Below are positions 1 to 9,057 of a stretch of 35,483 nucleotides of DNA, one piece after another (positions within the stretch are counted from its first letter, which is position 1; each line of letters starts with the position of its first letter). The stretch is from a virus (Duplodnaviria > Caudoviricetes). The notes under the pieces are model-generated. The model made no database searches. It was not told the origin of the DNA and saw only the letters and a list, made by a program, of their open reading frames with translations. The stretch spans positions 1 through 35,483 of the IMG/VR virus record IMGVR_UViG_3300012942_000541. One strand, given 5' to 3'. Made by a program: the position numbers and the translations under genes.

Positions 1-1
1 C

Positions 2-265
2 ATGAACCACTTCCACGCCAAGGCGATGTTCATCGACGGTTGCTGGCGCGGCTTCGTGAGACGCGTTCATAAGGCCGGATATGAGCCTGTGATGGACGGA
101 ACGAAACCGGCTGCATTCGAGACGAAGGAGCAGGCCGAAATCGCGGCTCTGCGGGAACTGGAACGGCATATGAACTCGACGATCACAGGCTATGGCGAGC
201 GCATCCGCTCAGCTCGGGCAGCGGCGGAACGGCTGTTCAAGACGAGGGAAGGGGTGAACGCATGA
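2..265 (+). CDS. Hypothetical phage protein
   Basis: ATG ORF whose stop overlaps the next start (ATGA at 262-265). Confidence 0.65.
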   Translation: MNHFHAKAMFIDGCWRGFVRRVHKAGYEPVMDGTKPAAFETKEQAEIAALRELERHMNSTITGYGERIRSARAAAERLFKTREGVNA

Positions 266-909
266 GCATCCTTGGCTGTCCAAAATGCGCGTCTGACCGC
301 ATAACGGTGCTTCAGACGCGCGAGCATGGCGAAGGCGAAGCCATCCGCCGGCGCCGCAAATGCAGGGATTGCGGGTATCGGTTTTCCACCGTCGAAACCA
401 TCGTCGCGGAAAAGCCGAAAGTGCGGATCGAACAGAAGGAGATCGAAAATCCCCTATGGTCGCGTGATCATGACGGCGCGAAAGCCAATAACCGCTATCA
501 GCATCAAACGATCAATTTGCACGAAAGCACGATTGAAATCCTGGCGCATCGAGGCGTCCTCGACAGAGCGCAAAAGGAGGCCGCCGACAGGTTCCGCTCC
601 CTATGGGAACGCATGGGCGGCAAAGGCGCATCGGCGATCGATCCGGGAAAGGAAGTTGTTGATGGCGGCCGCGGCGCACAGGACATCACGGATGAGCAGA
701 TCGATGCCGGCCGGAAAATCCGCGCCTGCTTCGATTGCCTCCAGCAATACCAGTTCAACCTGGTCTCGGCGATCTGCGGGGAAGGCAAGCATTTCAGCGA
801 TCTGACTGATGATCGCTGGCGTCAGAAGGTGCTTTCGAAGAATCTCCAGACGGCGTTGTCCGACCTTGCGAAAATGTGGGGTCTGCAAACGCGGCGGAAG
901 GCCGGATAG
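262..909 (+). CDS. NrdR-type zinc ribbon fused to DUF6456-like helical domain; putative late-gene regulator
   Basis: CPKC...RRRRKCRDCGYRFSTVE matches the NrdR N-terminal Zn ribbon; C-terminal AADRFRSLWE..IDPGKEVVDGG; sits just upstream of the late operon. Confidence 0.6.
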   Translation: MSILGCPKCASDRITVLQTREHGEGEAIRRRRKCRDCGYRFSTVETIVAEKPKVRIEQKEIENPLWSRDHDGAKANNRYQHQTINLHESTIEILAHRGVLDRAQKEAADRFRSLWERMGGKGASAIDPGKEVVDGGRGAQDITDEQIDAGRKIRACFDCLQQYQFNLVSAICGEGKHFSDLTDDRWRQKVLSKNLQTALSDLAKMWGLQTRRKAG

Positions 910-948
910 CTATCCAGCGCACAACAGACACTAGGCGTAGTGCATATG

Positions 949-977
949 TTGACAAACGACCGATGAAATGGGAGAAA
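949..977 (+). promoter_or_regulatory. Candidate late promoter (perfect -35, poor -10)
   Basis: TTGACA at 949-954 directly after the putative late regulator; no consensus -10 at 17 bp. Confidence 0.3.
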
Positions 978-1044
978 GGCGCATTCCTGAAAATTGTGAG
1001 TGATTTGCGGCCTGATTCGTTTTGAGTTTTGAAGCCGCGTTCGA

Positions 1045-1242
1045 TCAATCGACAGTGTAAGGTGATAAGCCGGCCAAGGCGGCAGCGCAGGCCATAGCCA
1101 CGGTCTGATCCGCGCCGTGCTTGCGGTACTTCGTCATCATGTCGGGCTTGCGACCGATTAACCGCCCGGCTTCCTGAATATTGCGGGCGCGGCCGCTTGC
1201 GCGCATGTCGGCAAGCCAACGGTTGAATTCTTCTGCGGTCAT
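1045..1242 (-). CDS. Small helix-turn-helix protein (moron repressor)
   Basis: MTAEEFNRW..NIQEAGRLIGRKPDMMTKY HTH pattern; GGAG RBS upstream. Confidence 0.7.
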   Translation of the reverse strand: MTAEEFNRWLADMRASGRARNIQEAGRLIGRKPDMMTKYRKHGADQTVAMACAAALAGLSPYTVD

Positions 1243-1273
1243 GATGACTTCCGTTCTCCGACAGTTGCGAGGG

Positions 1274-1480
1274 TCATTTGACAGCGTGCCAGCCGAAGCG
1301 GTTCACGAAGCCCCGCTCGGTTGTGCCCGGCTCCTTGTCCCACCCAAACCGGACGCCCTTCACCTTATCGCCCATTTCCTTGCGCAGGATGCGAAGCGCA
1401 CCGGTCTCCGTGGTCGCCTCCCCGAGGCCCATATTGCCGTGCTCGATTGTCGGGAAAACGGTGTATTTCTTGGCGTTCAT
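1274..1480 (-). CDS. Hypothetical protein (moron)
   Basis: 68 aa ORF with AAGGA-type RBS, co-oriented with its neighbours. Confidence 0.65.
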   Translation of the reverse strand: MNAKKYTVFPTIEHGNMGLGEATTETGALRILRKEMGDKVKGVRFGWDKEPGTTERGFVNRFGWHAVK

Positions 1481-1518
1481 GTAGGCATTCCTTCTGTTTG
1501 AGTTGCGTGCGGTTTGAA

Positions 1519-1737
1519 TTAGCGGGTCATCGCGATCAGGTCGCCGATATAGGCGGAAGCCTGGTTCTTGCCCATCGTCGGAAGTTTGGCTTCGATCTCG
1601 GCGGCGAATATCTCGGCCTGCGCCTTGAATGCCGCGATGCCCTTCTTACCGCCGAATATGTTGCGCGGCGTTGAGGTGCGGAGCTTACGGATCAGGCTGT
1701 TGAGGTAAGCGATCTGCTTTTCGGTGGCGGCGTTCAT
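1519..1737 (-). CDS. Hypothetical protein (ATEKQIAYL...ASAYIGDL motif)
   Basis: Start moved to ATG 1737, which follows a GGGAG RBS; motif common in small phage proteins. Confidence 0.7.
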   Translation of the reverse strand: MNAATEKQIAYLNSLIRKLRTSTPRNIFGGKKGIAAFKAQAEIFAAEIEAKLPTMGKNQASAYIGDLIAMTR

Positions 1738-1762
1738 GTCTGTCTCCCTTGCTTGTGAACCT

Positions 1763-1818
1763 AACATAATCCGACTAAATCGGACTTGCAAGGGGAAAAT
1801 CTGATTATTTCAGATTTT
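1763..1818 (-). promoter_or_regulatory. Sigma70 promoter of the leftward moron with two palindromic operators
   Basis: - strand TTGCAA(1791-1786)-17bp-TATGTT(1768-1763); palindromes TCCGA-N5-TCGGA (1770-1784) and TCTGA-N5-TCAGA (1800-1814). Confidence 0.7.
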
Positions 1819-1826
1819 TTTTGCAA

Positions 1827-2033
1827 ATGCCAAAACGCTACATCACACAATCACGCTGGTCTGATCAACTCAGTGGAGAGGCGATCGACATCGGCATGGC
1901 ACATACGGTCCATGAACCGGATGAAACGCCGCGATTCAGCGGCCTTCTCGACGCGGACGGCAATCGCATTATGCGCGTCGATGGCTTGGAGCCGGTCGGC
2001 TTCATTCGCTGGAAAGGCCCCTCCAATGGCTAA
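1827..2033 (+). CDS. Hypothetical phage protein (SGLLDADGNRI motif)
   Basis: ATG 1827; overlaps the next gene's start; weak RBS. Confidence 0.5.
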   Translation: MPKRYITQSRWSDQLSGEAIDIGMAHTVHEPDETPRFSGLLDADGNRIMRVDGLEPVGFIRWKGPSNG

Positions 2034-2205
2034 GAAGCCCGCACGTGGCAAGTTCGCTCTTGCCGGTGGTAAATTCCCATTGAACACGCCCGGCCGCGTC
2101 AAGGCTGCTCCTGGTCTTGCTCGTTACAGCGAGAAAAAGGGCAGCATCACCGCATCTCAGGCAAAGACGGTCATTCGCAAGGCGAAGGCCGCGAAGGGGA
2201 AGTGA
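2026..2205 (+). CDS. Small very basic protein
   Basis: MAKKPARGKFALAGGKFPLNTPGRVKAA..; C-terminal part of ORF 1786-2205; stop coupled to terS start. Confidence 0.6.
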   Translation: MAKKPARGKFALAGGKFPLNTPGRVKAAPGLARYSEKKGSITASQAKTVIRKAKAAKGK

Positions 2206-2567
2206 TGGCGGAGCGTTCCGAGAAGGGCCAGTTCCTACAGGGCTTATCAGGAAACCCTAACGGAAGGCCAAAGGGAGCGCGAGCCAAACTCGGTGAAGCC
2301 TTCCTAGAAGACATTCTCGCATCATGGGAAGCTGAAGGACCGGCTGCAATACGTCGTGTGCTTGAAAAGCGACCGCAAGATTATCTTCGCGTTGTCGCCT
2401 CTCTCATGCCGAAAGAAATGAACGTCCATGTCAACCAACTCGACAACATGAGCGACGATCAGCTTGTTGAACGAATCCGCAAGCTCGACTCCGCCATTCG
2501 ACCTTTCCTCGATGCTCAAGGAGAGAACGGCGCTGGCAATGGAGATCGAGCGCCGACAGCGCACTAA
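2205..2567 (+). CDS. terS: Terminase small subunit (DUF5681-like N-terminus)
   Basis: GQFLQGLSGNPNGRPKGAR motif; immediately upstream of and overlapping terL. Confidence 0.8.
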   Translation: MAERSEKGQFLQGLSGNPNGRPKGARAKLGEAFLEDILASWEAEGPAAIRRVLEKRPQDYLRVVASLMPKEMNVHVNQLDNMSDDQLVERIRKLDSAIRPFLDAQGENGAGNGDRAPTAH

Positions 2568-3927
2568 CCGTCTCCGCTTCTACAAACCCTACGCCAAGCA
2601 GAAGGCGTTTCATGCGGCCGGCGCTCAATTCAGCGAACGGCTGTTCATGGCCGGCAATCAGCTCGGGAAGACGATTGCGGGCGGCGCTGAATGGGCGATC
2701 CATCTGACGGGCCGCTATCCCGATTGGTGGGAAGGAGCGATATTCGATGCTCCTCCGCTGCTTTGGGCGGGATCTGTGACGGGCGAGAGCACGCGCGACA
2801 ATCCGCAACGTATTCTTGTCGGCCCGCCAGCGAAAGAGGAAGAGTGGGGTACGGGTTTCATTCCCGCCGATTGCATCCTCGATCGCACGCGGGCGATGGG
2901 CGTTCCAAACCTTCTGGATAGCGTTGTGGTGCGATGGGGCGGGGGCGGCGATATCCAGGCATCGGCAAGCACGCTTGCGTTGAAGGCCTACGAGAAGGGC
3001 CGCGAGAAATGGCAGGGGCCGACGGTCGATGGCGTATGGTTGGATGAGGAACCGCCAGAAGACATCTACAGCGAAGGCCTGACGCGGACGAATAACGGGC
3101 AGCGCGGTCAATTCGTGCAGATGACGTTCACGCCTCTCCTCGGCATGTCCACCGTCGTGTGCAGGTTTCTCATGCCGAAGGCGGACGACGCGGGGAAGAG
3201 CGCGCGCAACGTCACATCGATGACGATCGATGATGCGGAGCACTATTCTCCCGAAGAGCGCGCCAAGATCATCGCGAGTTATCCCTCGCATGAACGCGAG
3301 GCGAGAGCGAAAGGCATTCCGTCGCTCGGGTCCGGCAGGATATTCCCGGTTCCCGAAGAAAGCATTCTCTGCGATGCGATTTCCCTGCCTGATCACTGGC
3401 CCCGGATCGGCGGCATGGACTTTGGTTGGGATCATCCGTTCGCGGCGACTGAACTGGCATGGGATCGCGATGCCGACGTGATCTACGTCACGAAATGCTA
3501 CCGGCAGCGGGAAGCAACGCCGATCTTCCATGCCGCGGCGATCAAGCCATGGGGCGATCTGCCATGGGCATGGCCACATGACGGCCTCCAGCATGACAAG
3601 GGCTCCGGCAATCAGTTGGCCGACCAGTACCGGCAACAGGGCCTCGATATGCTGCCGGAAAAAGCGACTTTCTCGGACGGCAGCAACGGCGTCGAGGCCG
3701 GACTCTTCGAAATGCTGGACAGGATGCAGACCGGTCGCTGGAAAGTCTTCCGCAACCTGACGGATTGGACGAGCGAATTCCAGCTCTATCATCGCAAGGA
3801 CGGCAAGGTCGTCAAGGAGATGGACGACTGTATTTCATCGTCCCGCTACGCCCTGATGATGCTGCGCTTTGCGCGCACGCCGAAGCGGGCCGTGCTGCCA
3901 AAGCGCGATATGAGCTGGGTGCTTTAA
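2512..3927 (+). CDS. terL: Terminase large subunit (P22 gp2-like)
   Basis: Walker A AGNQLGKT, Walker B VWLDEEP, TFTP coupling motif, nuclease GMDFGWDHP and DDCISSSRY; start uncertain (2464-2539). Confidence 0.97.
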   Translation: MLKERTALAMEIERRQRTNRLRFYKPYAKQKAFHAAGAQFSERLFMAGNQLGKTIAGGAEWAIHLTGRYPDWWEGAIFDAPPLLWAGSVTGESTRDNPQRILVGPPAKEEEWGTGFIPADCILDRTRAMGVPNLLDSVVVRWGGGGDIQASASTLALKAYEKGREKWQGPTVDGVWLDEEPPEDIYSEGLTRTNNGQRGQFVQMTFTPLLGMSTVVCRFLMPKADDAGKSARNVTSMTIDDAEHYSPEERAKIIASYPSHEREARAKGIPSLGSGRIFPVPEESILCDAISLPDHWPRIGGMDFGWDHPFAATELAWDRDADVIYVTKCYRQREATPIFHAAAIKPWGDLPWAWPHDGLQHDKGSGNQLADQYRQQGLDMLPEKATFSDGSNGVEAGLFEMLDRMQTGRWKVFRNLTDWTSEFQLYHRKDGKVVKEMDDCISSSRYALMMLRFARTPKRAVLPKRDMSWVL

Positions 3928-3977
3928 CGGCCCCCCATCATTCGTAAAATCCGAGATGGTTCAAGGCTGAGCATTGG

Positions 3978-4799
3978 ATGAACCCACTTCTGGCATCTCC
4001 GCCGAACACGGGTAATCCGCTGCTCGCGCCTTTGACCGGAAGCGATCTCCAAGCGATTGCAGCTTGGCAAGCCGCCAATCCTGTCATGGCGCCTTATTCG
4101 CCATCGCTGCGCGAAAGCATCGGCAACGCGGTCTATGACGGGGCGAGCGCCATCGGGCTGGACGACATCGCCAACAGGATGCGCAACGACACGCAGTCGG
4201 TCGTCGATATGGTCCCGGTTATCGGCGACATGGTAGGCGCTGATGACGCTGGACGGGATTTCGCCAACGGGAACTATCTTGACGCGGCAATAGCAGGGCT
4301 TGGCGTCATGCCGGGCGTTGGCGAAATGGCGGGCAAAGTCGGCAAGGGGCTGCGCGCCCGCTACCGGTGGGCGCTTTTGGACGCGGCGGCCGGCAAGGAC
4401 CCGGCGCGCATCAAGCTCACGCCAGAGCGCATCGATGCCGCCAAGCAGTCACTGAAAGACAGCATAGACCGGTGGAATTACTGGCGCGGGGAAGGGGCTC
4501 CTCCCGCCACTCCCCAAATGCAAAATGCTCAGACTTTCGCCGGGCAGATGGCGCAACAAGGCGAGGACGTTCGTTTCAAGATGCCGAATGGTCCGAACGG
4601 ATCTCTATACGTGCGTGTCGGCGACAAAGGAACCGTGCGTTTCGCGGACCATCCCCAACCAACCGTGGGCGGTCAGGCTGTCGGCGGTTATTCCAATGAA
4701 CTTGGTCGGCGTCATTATCCGGCGCAATACAGCGTTTCCCCAGGCGAGATGACCCTTGACGACGTGCTGCGAATATATGGCGGCGGCAGCGGGCAGTAA
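3978..4799 (+). CDS. Putative virion cargo / polymorphic-toxin-like protein
   Basis: Pre-toxin TG-like glycine segment DMVPVIGD...LGVMPGVG; C-terminal SLYV..VRFADH domain; lies between terL and portal. Confidence 0.5.
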   Translation: MNPLLASPPNTGNPLLAPLTGSDLQAIAAWQAANPVMAPYSPSLRESIGNAVYDGASAIGLDDIANRMRNDTQSVVDMVPVIGDMVGADDAGRDFANGNYLDAAIAGLGVMPGVGEMAGKVGKGLRARYRWALLDAAAGKDPARIKLTPERIDAAKQSLKDSIDRWNYWRGEGAPPATPQMQNAQTFAGQMAQQGEDVRFKMPNGPNGSLYVRVGDKGTVRFADHPQPTVGGQAVGGYSNELGRRHYPAQYSVSPGEMTLDDVLRIYGGGSGQ

Positions 4800-4807
4800 G
4801 GCATCGT

Positions 4808-7090
4808 ATGGCATCCAGGCGCAAGAAGATGACCGACCCCGATCTCGCGTCGGCCGTCAGCATCCAGATCGATGAGGCGAAGGCATACGATCGTTCCGAT
4901 CGCGCCGAGCATCGCGATTGGGCGCTTCGCTTCATGGAGGGCGAGGTCGATCTCCCGCCGATGGGGAAGAATCGATCCAAGGTCGTTTCGCGGGATGTCG
5001 CCGATATCCACGGCATGATCCTACCGGGCCTGATGCGCGTGTTCTTCTCGACCGATCGCATCGTCATCTATGAGCCGACGCGCGATGTTCATGAGGAATA
5101 CTCCGACCAGGCGAGCGATCTGGTGAACTATGTCGTCATGCGCGAATGCGACGGCTATCGCAATTTCCGAGCCGCGTTTTCCGATGGGCTTCTGCTTGGC
5201 AACGGCATCCTCAAGCATTGGTGGGACGGCACGCCGGAATACACGACAGAAGACTATTCCGGGCTGAGCGACGACCAGTTGCAAGCGCTTCTCGCTGATC
5301 CTGATGTCGAGGAAGTCACGGAGCAGGAAGATTATCCGGACCCCGAATATCAGCCGCCGACGCCGGAGCAAATCCAGCAGATCGCCGCACAGCGTGGGAT
5401 CAACCTTCAGGGCGTCGATCCTGCCGTTCTCGAAGCGATTATTCCTCCCCCGCCAATGCTGCACGATCTCACGATCAAACGCATCAAATCGACGGGAAGG
5501 TTGAAGATCGCGGCTCTCCCGCCGGAGGAATTCCTGCTGGAGCGCGCGGCGACGATCCTTGACGAGACATGCCGGTTTTGCGCCCATGTCCAGCGGCGGA
5601 CGCGCTCCGATCTGGTAAAGGACGGCTACGACAAGGACAAGGTTGCCGCAATCCCGGCCTATCAGACGACGACGGATCAAGCCGCCCGCAACGCGCGGGA
5701 CAAATCGGCATGGCTGCCGGACCGATCGGCGGATGCCGCGACCGAATATGTCGAGATCCACGAATGCTACATTCTTGTGGATCAGGATGGCGACGGGATT
5801 GCCGAGCGCCGCCGCGTCGTCATGGGGGGGATCTCGGGCGAACGATCGATCCTGACGAACGAGGAATGGGGCGACGATCTTCCCTTCTCCGATATCATTC
5901 CGGAGCCGGTTCCGCATCGCTGGCGCGGCCATGGTCTCTATGAGGAAGTCGGGGATATCCAGCGCATCAAGACGGTGTTCCTGCGTGGCGTGACGGACAA
6001 CACTTACAAGGTGCTCAATCCGCAATATGATGCCGAGGAAGGATCGGTTCTAAACCCGGATGAACTGATCAATCCGACGTTTGGCGGCGTGCGCTGGATC
6101 AAGGCTGGCAAGCAGCCGCCAAAGCCAGTTGAGGAAAATCCAATCGCACAGGCCGTCATGCCTGTCATCGATTATATGGATGGGGTTGCGGAACGGCGTA
6201 CGGGCATCTCACAGCGCAGCCAGGCGCTCGATATGGATGCGCTGCAGAACCAGTCCGCCACGGCTGTCAACGCGGCGCAATCGGCCGCTTATACGAAAAT
6301 CGAGGAGTATGCCCGCAACATCGCCGAATGCGGTGGCATGCGCAGGATTTTCGCTTGCATTCTTCGCCTCATTGTCAAGCATCAGGATCGCGGCAAGGTC
6401 ATTCGGTTGCGCGGCAAACTGGTGACGATCAATCCCGATGGTTGGGACCCGAATATGGATGTCACCATCGATACCGGGCTTGGAACTGGATCGAAGGAGC
6501 GCGATCTCGCCATCCTGTCTGGCATCGCGGCCAAACAGGAAGGGATTATCCAGCAGGGAGGCCCCTTTAACGACATCTGCGACATCGGCCATCTGATGGA
6601 TACCTATCAGAAAATGGCGGAAGCCGGCGGTGTGAGGAACCCGGAATCATTCTTCCCGACGATCCCGCCCGAATACATCGCACAGCAGAAGGCGCTGCTG
6701 AAAAACCAGCCGCCTAAGCCCGATCCGAAACTGGAAATCGAGCAACTTAAAGCCAATACGGCCATGCAGATCCAACAATCGGAGTTCCAGTCCAATCAGG
6801 CGCGCGCGCAGGCTGAAATCCACAAATCGCAGGCTGAGGCCCAGGTGAAGATCATTCAGGCGCAGGCGGCGGCGCGTGAAGCCGAGATGGCACAGCAATT
6901 GGCCGCCGCGCAAATACAGGTTGACCGGCTGAAGGCCGCTGCCGCCAATCAGACGACATTGGACAAGGCTGCGATGGACAACGCCGTGAAACTTGCCATT
7001 GCCCAGATCATGGCGTCGAAGGACACGGATCAGAATGCCAATGCGTTGGCCCGGCAGGTCGATCAGCAGGCAGGCATAATCCCGCAATGA
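4808..7090 (+). CDS. Portal protein (P22-like, long C-terminal coiled-coil barrel)
   Basis: 760 aa after terL; NRSKVVSRDV, DGLLLGNGILK, PPEEFL motifs; Q/A-rich C-terminal helix. Confidence 0.93.
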   Translation: MASRRKKMTDPDLASAVSIQIDEAKAYDRSDRAEHRDWALRFMEGEVDLPPMGKNRSKVVSRDVADIHGMILPGLMRVFFSTDRIVIYEPTRDVHEEYSDQASDLVNYVVMRECDGYRNFRAAFSDGLLLGNGILKHWWDGTPEYTTEDYSGLSDDQLQALLADPDVEEVTEQEDYPDPEYQPPTPEQIQQIAAQRGINLQGVDPAVLEAIIPPPPMLHDLTIKRIKSTGRLKIAALPPEEFLLERAATILDETCRFCAHVQRRTRSDLVKDGYDKDKVAAIPAYQTTTDQAARNARDKSAWLPDRSADAATEYVEIHECYILVDQDGDGIAERRRVVMGGISGERSILTNEEWGDDLPFSDIIPEPVPHRWRGHGLYEEVGDIQRIKTVFLRGVTDNTYKVLNPQYDAEEGSVLNPDELINPTFGGVRWIKAGKQPPKPVEENPIAQAVMPVIDYMDGVAERRTGISQRSQALDMDALQNQSATAVNAAQSAAYTKIEEYARNIAECGGMRRIFACILRLIVKHQDRGKVIRLRGKLVTINPDGWDPNMDVTIDTGLGTGSKERDLAILSGIAAKQEGIIQQGGPFNDICDIGHLMDTYQKMAEAGGVRNPESFFPTIPPEYIAQQKALLKNQPPKPDPKLEIEQLKANTAMQIQQSEFQSNQARAQAEIHKSQAEAQVKIIQAQAAAREAEMAQQLAAAQIQVDRLKAAAANQTTLDKAAMDNAVKLAIAQIMASKDTDQNANALARQVDQQAGIIPQ

Positions 7091-7100
7091 GGTCGGAACG

Positions 7101-7616
7101 ATGAGCGATCCCGCGATCAATCCAAACGGCAAATACCGTTACGTGCCGATCAACGATTCCTACGTTGTTCCGATGCCCGGCCAGCCGTCAACCGGCATCG
7201 TTCAGGGCGGTCTTTTCAAGCCCGATCCGAACAACCCCGCTTTCGGCACCTATACGACGACGACGTTCAGCGGGGGCGACACGGGGCAGACGATCAGTTC
7301 ACACTATGGCGCCGCGCCCCCCGGCTTCGTCAATACCACGCCGACGCCCACGCAACCGCAACAGCAACCGACGCAACCGGTTCCTGTCGCTCCGACCGGC
7401 AATTTCTATGGCAACACGCCAGATGCGTGGTCCAATTACTTGCAACAGGCGCGCGCACAGACTGAGGGTCTAAACCGAATGCCCTATGTGTTCTCGGATT
7501 ATGGGTCTATCCCGACCGATCCGACAGCCGCGAACGCGCTCTTCTATCCCGACAATCTCCAGACGGCGAAAATCACCAATCCGCTGCTGACAGTTCCGGA
7601 TTCGAAGAAGAAATAA
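7101..7616 (+). CDS. Pro/Thr/Gln-rich hypothetical virion protein
   Basis: GAGG RBS; low-complexity composition like the ejection proteins. Confidence 0.65.
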   Translation: MSDPAINPNGKYRYVPINDSYVVPMPGQPSTGIVQGGLFKPDPNNPAFGTYTTTTFSGGDTGQTISSHYGAAPPGFVNTTPTPTQPQQQPTQPVPVAPTGNFYGNTPDAWSNYLQQARAQTEGLNRMPYVFSDYGSIPTDPTAANALFYPDNLQTAKITNPLLTVPDSKKK

Positions 7617-7846
7617 TGGTTTCCGCCAAGGAGTTCCGCGCCTCCGAAGCGCGTCGCATTCTCGAGGACGTCGATCCCTATCTCATTGAGATCGAACGGG
7701 ATGAGATCGAGGCGGCTGTTGCCGCCAAATGGCATACGCCGGCAGGCGAGGCCGAAGCCAAGCGCCATCTGGAATGCGTCAACGTCATCCGGCTTTTGAA
7801 AGGGCGGCTTGAGATCGCCATCCTTCAGGGCAAGCCCAAGGGTTAA
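7616..7846 (+). CDS. Small helical protein between portal and scaffold
   Basis: TAATG coupling; usual position in this phage group. Confidence 0.7.
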   Translation: MVSAKEFRASEARRILEDVDPYLIEIERDEIEAAVAAKWHTPAGEAEAKRHLECVNVIRLLKGRLEIAILQGKPKG

Positions 7847-7852
7847 GCAGGA

Positions 7853-7952
7853 ATTCGCGGCCCCGCGCCGCGCATCGGGGGTGTCACGTCACGACACGCA
7901 AATCCACGAGGCGGTGCGTCCGCCCGCGCGATAGGCGTTCCCTATCCGTGGA
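7853..7952 (+). ncRNA. Structured leader upstream of the scaffold gene
   Basis: Helices CCCCG/CGGGG and GTGTC/GACAC, then TCCACG/CGTGGA enclosing GGCGG/CCGCC and GATAGG/CCTATC. Confidence 0.55.
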
Positions 7953-7969
7953 AACAGGAACTGCAATCC

Positions 7970-9052
7970 ATGTCTGATGAACAGAACATCACGCCTGCGG
8001 GCGGCGATGCGGGCGCTTCCGTGCCCGAAAACCTGTCCATGTCCGCCGCGGCGGATTTATTGGACAAAATCTCTTCCAAACCGGAAGAGCGGCCCCAACC
8101 CGACAACAAATCCGAGACGTCGGAAAACCCGGCTGCAATGGCCGACACCGGCGAAACGGAACAGGTCGAGGATAAAACGCAGGCCGAACCCGGCGCGCCC
8201 GAGGGCGATCCGGCTGAGAATCAAGGCGAGGTCGATCAATCTGTCGAGTTCGAAAAACTTCACGGTAACACGAAGGTCCGTCTGCGTGACGGGACCGAGT
8301 GGACTGTCGGAGAGTTGAAACGGCGCATCGACGATCTTCGCGGTCTGGACCAGGGCAAAGAGGAATTCGCCAGGCAACAGCAGGCATTCCAGCAGCTCGC
8401 AAGCCAGACGGCACAACAGGCCCAGCAATTCCAGCAGATTGCGCCGCATGCGATCGCCGCGCTGCAAAGCTCGCTTCCGCAGATACCGGCCGAACCGACC
8501 TATGACCCGAACGACCCTCTTCGTTACATCGAAGAGAAGGCGGCATGGGACCGGACCGTCTCGGACTACAATGCGAAGGTGAACCAGATCAGGCAGATTC
8601 AGCACCAGCAGCAAGTGGTGGACCATCAGCGCCACCAGGAGCAACAGAAGAATTTGCAGCAGTACATTTCTGATCAGCGCACGAAACTCTTCGACGCGAT
8701 GCCCGACCTGCGGGACGAGGCGAAGCGCAACGAGTTTTATGGCGATTTCCTGAAATTCGGCAAGCAAACCTACGGCTTCACCGACGAGGAATTGAATCGC
8801 ACCTACGACCATCGGCTCATGTCGGTGATGAAGGATGCGATTGCCTTCCGGAAGCTACAGGCCAACCCGCCGAAGCCCAATACGGCTCCCAAGCAGAAGG
8901 CCGGCGTGCCGGTCGCGACGCCGGGTCGGCGCGTATCGGGTCAGGAAGCGCAGCAGGTGAAGAGGGAAGAACTGGTGTCTCGCGTGCACAAACCAGGCGG
9001 CCTCTCGATGAACGAGGGCGCGCGCCTCCTTGAAGCGCTTGAGAAAGGCTAA
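7970..9052 (+). CDS. Capsid scaffolding protein
   Basis: Acidic disordered N-terminus, coiled coil, YGFTDEELNRTYDHR motif; directly before the major capsid gene. Confidence 0.85.
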   Translation: MSDEQNITPAGGDAGASVPENLSMSAAADLLDKISSKPEERPQPDNKSETSENPAAMADTGETEQVEDKTQAEPGAPEGDPAENQGEVDQSVEFEKLHGNTKVRLRDGTEWTVGELKRRIDDLRGLDQGKEEFARQQQAFQQLASQTAQQAQQFQQIAPHAIAALQSSLPQIPAEPTYDPNDPLRYIEEKAAWDRTVSDYNAKVNQIRQIQHQQQVVDHQRHQEQQKNLQQYISDQRTKLFDAMPDLRDEAKRNEFYGDFLKFGKQTYGFTDEELNRTYDHRLMSVMKDAIAFRKLQANPPKPNTAPKQKAGVPVATPGRRVSGQEAQQVKREELVSRVHKPGGLSMNEGARLLEALEKG

Positions 9053-9057
9053 CGACC

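Noticed and set aside
262-909. Bona fide nrdR
   Set aside because: Only the Zn ribbon matches; no ATP-cone
1762-1772. Self-target of array unit 1 (TA.AT.AA.CC) in the moron promoter
   Set aside because: Only 3 of 4 dinucleotides match and the pattern is too short to be significant
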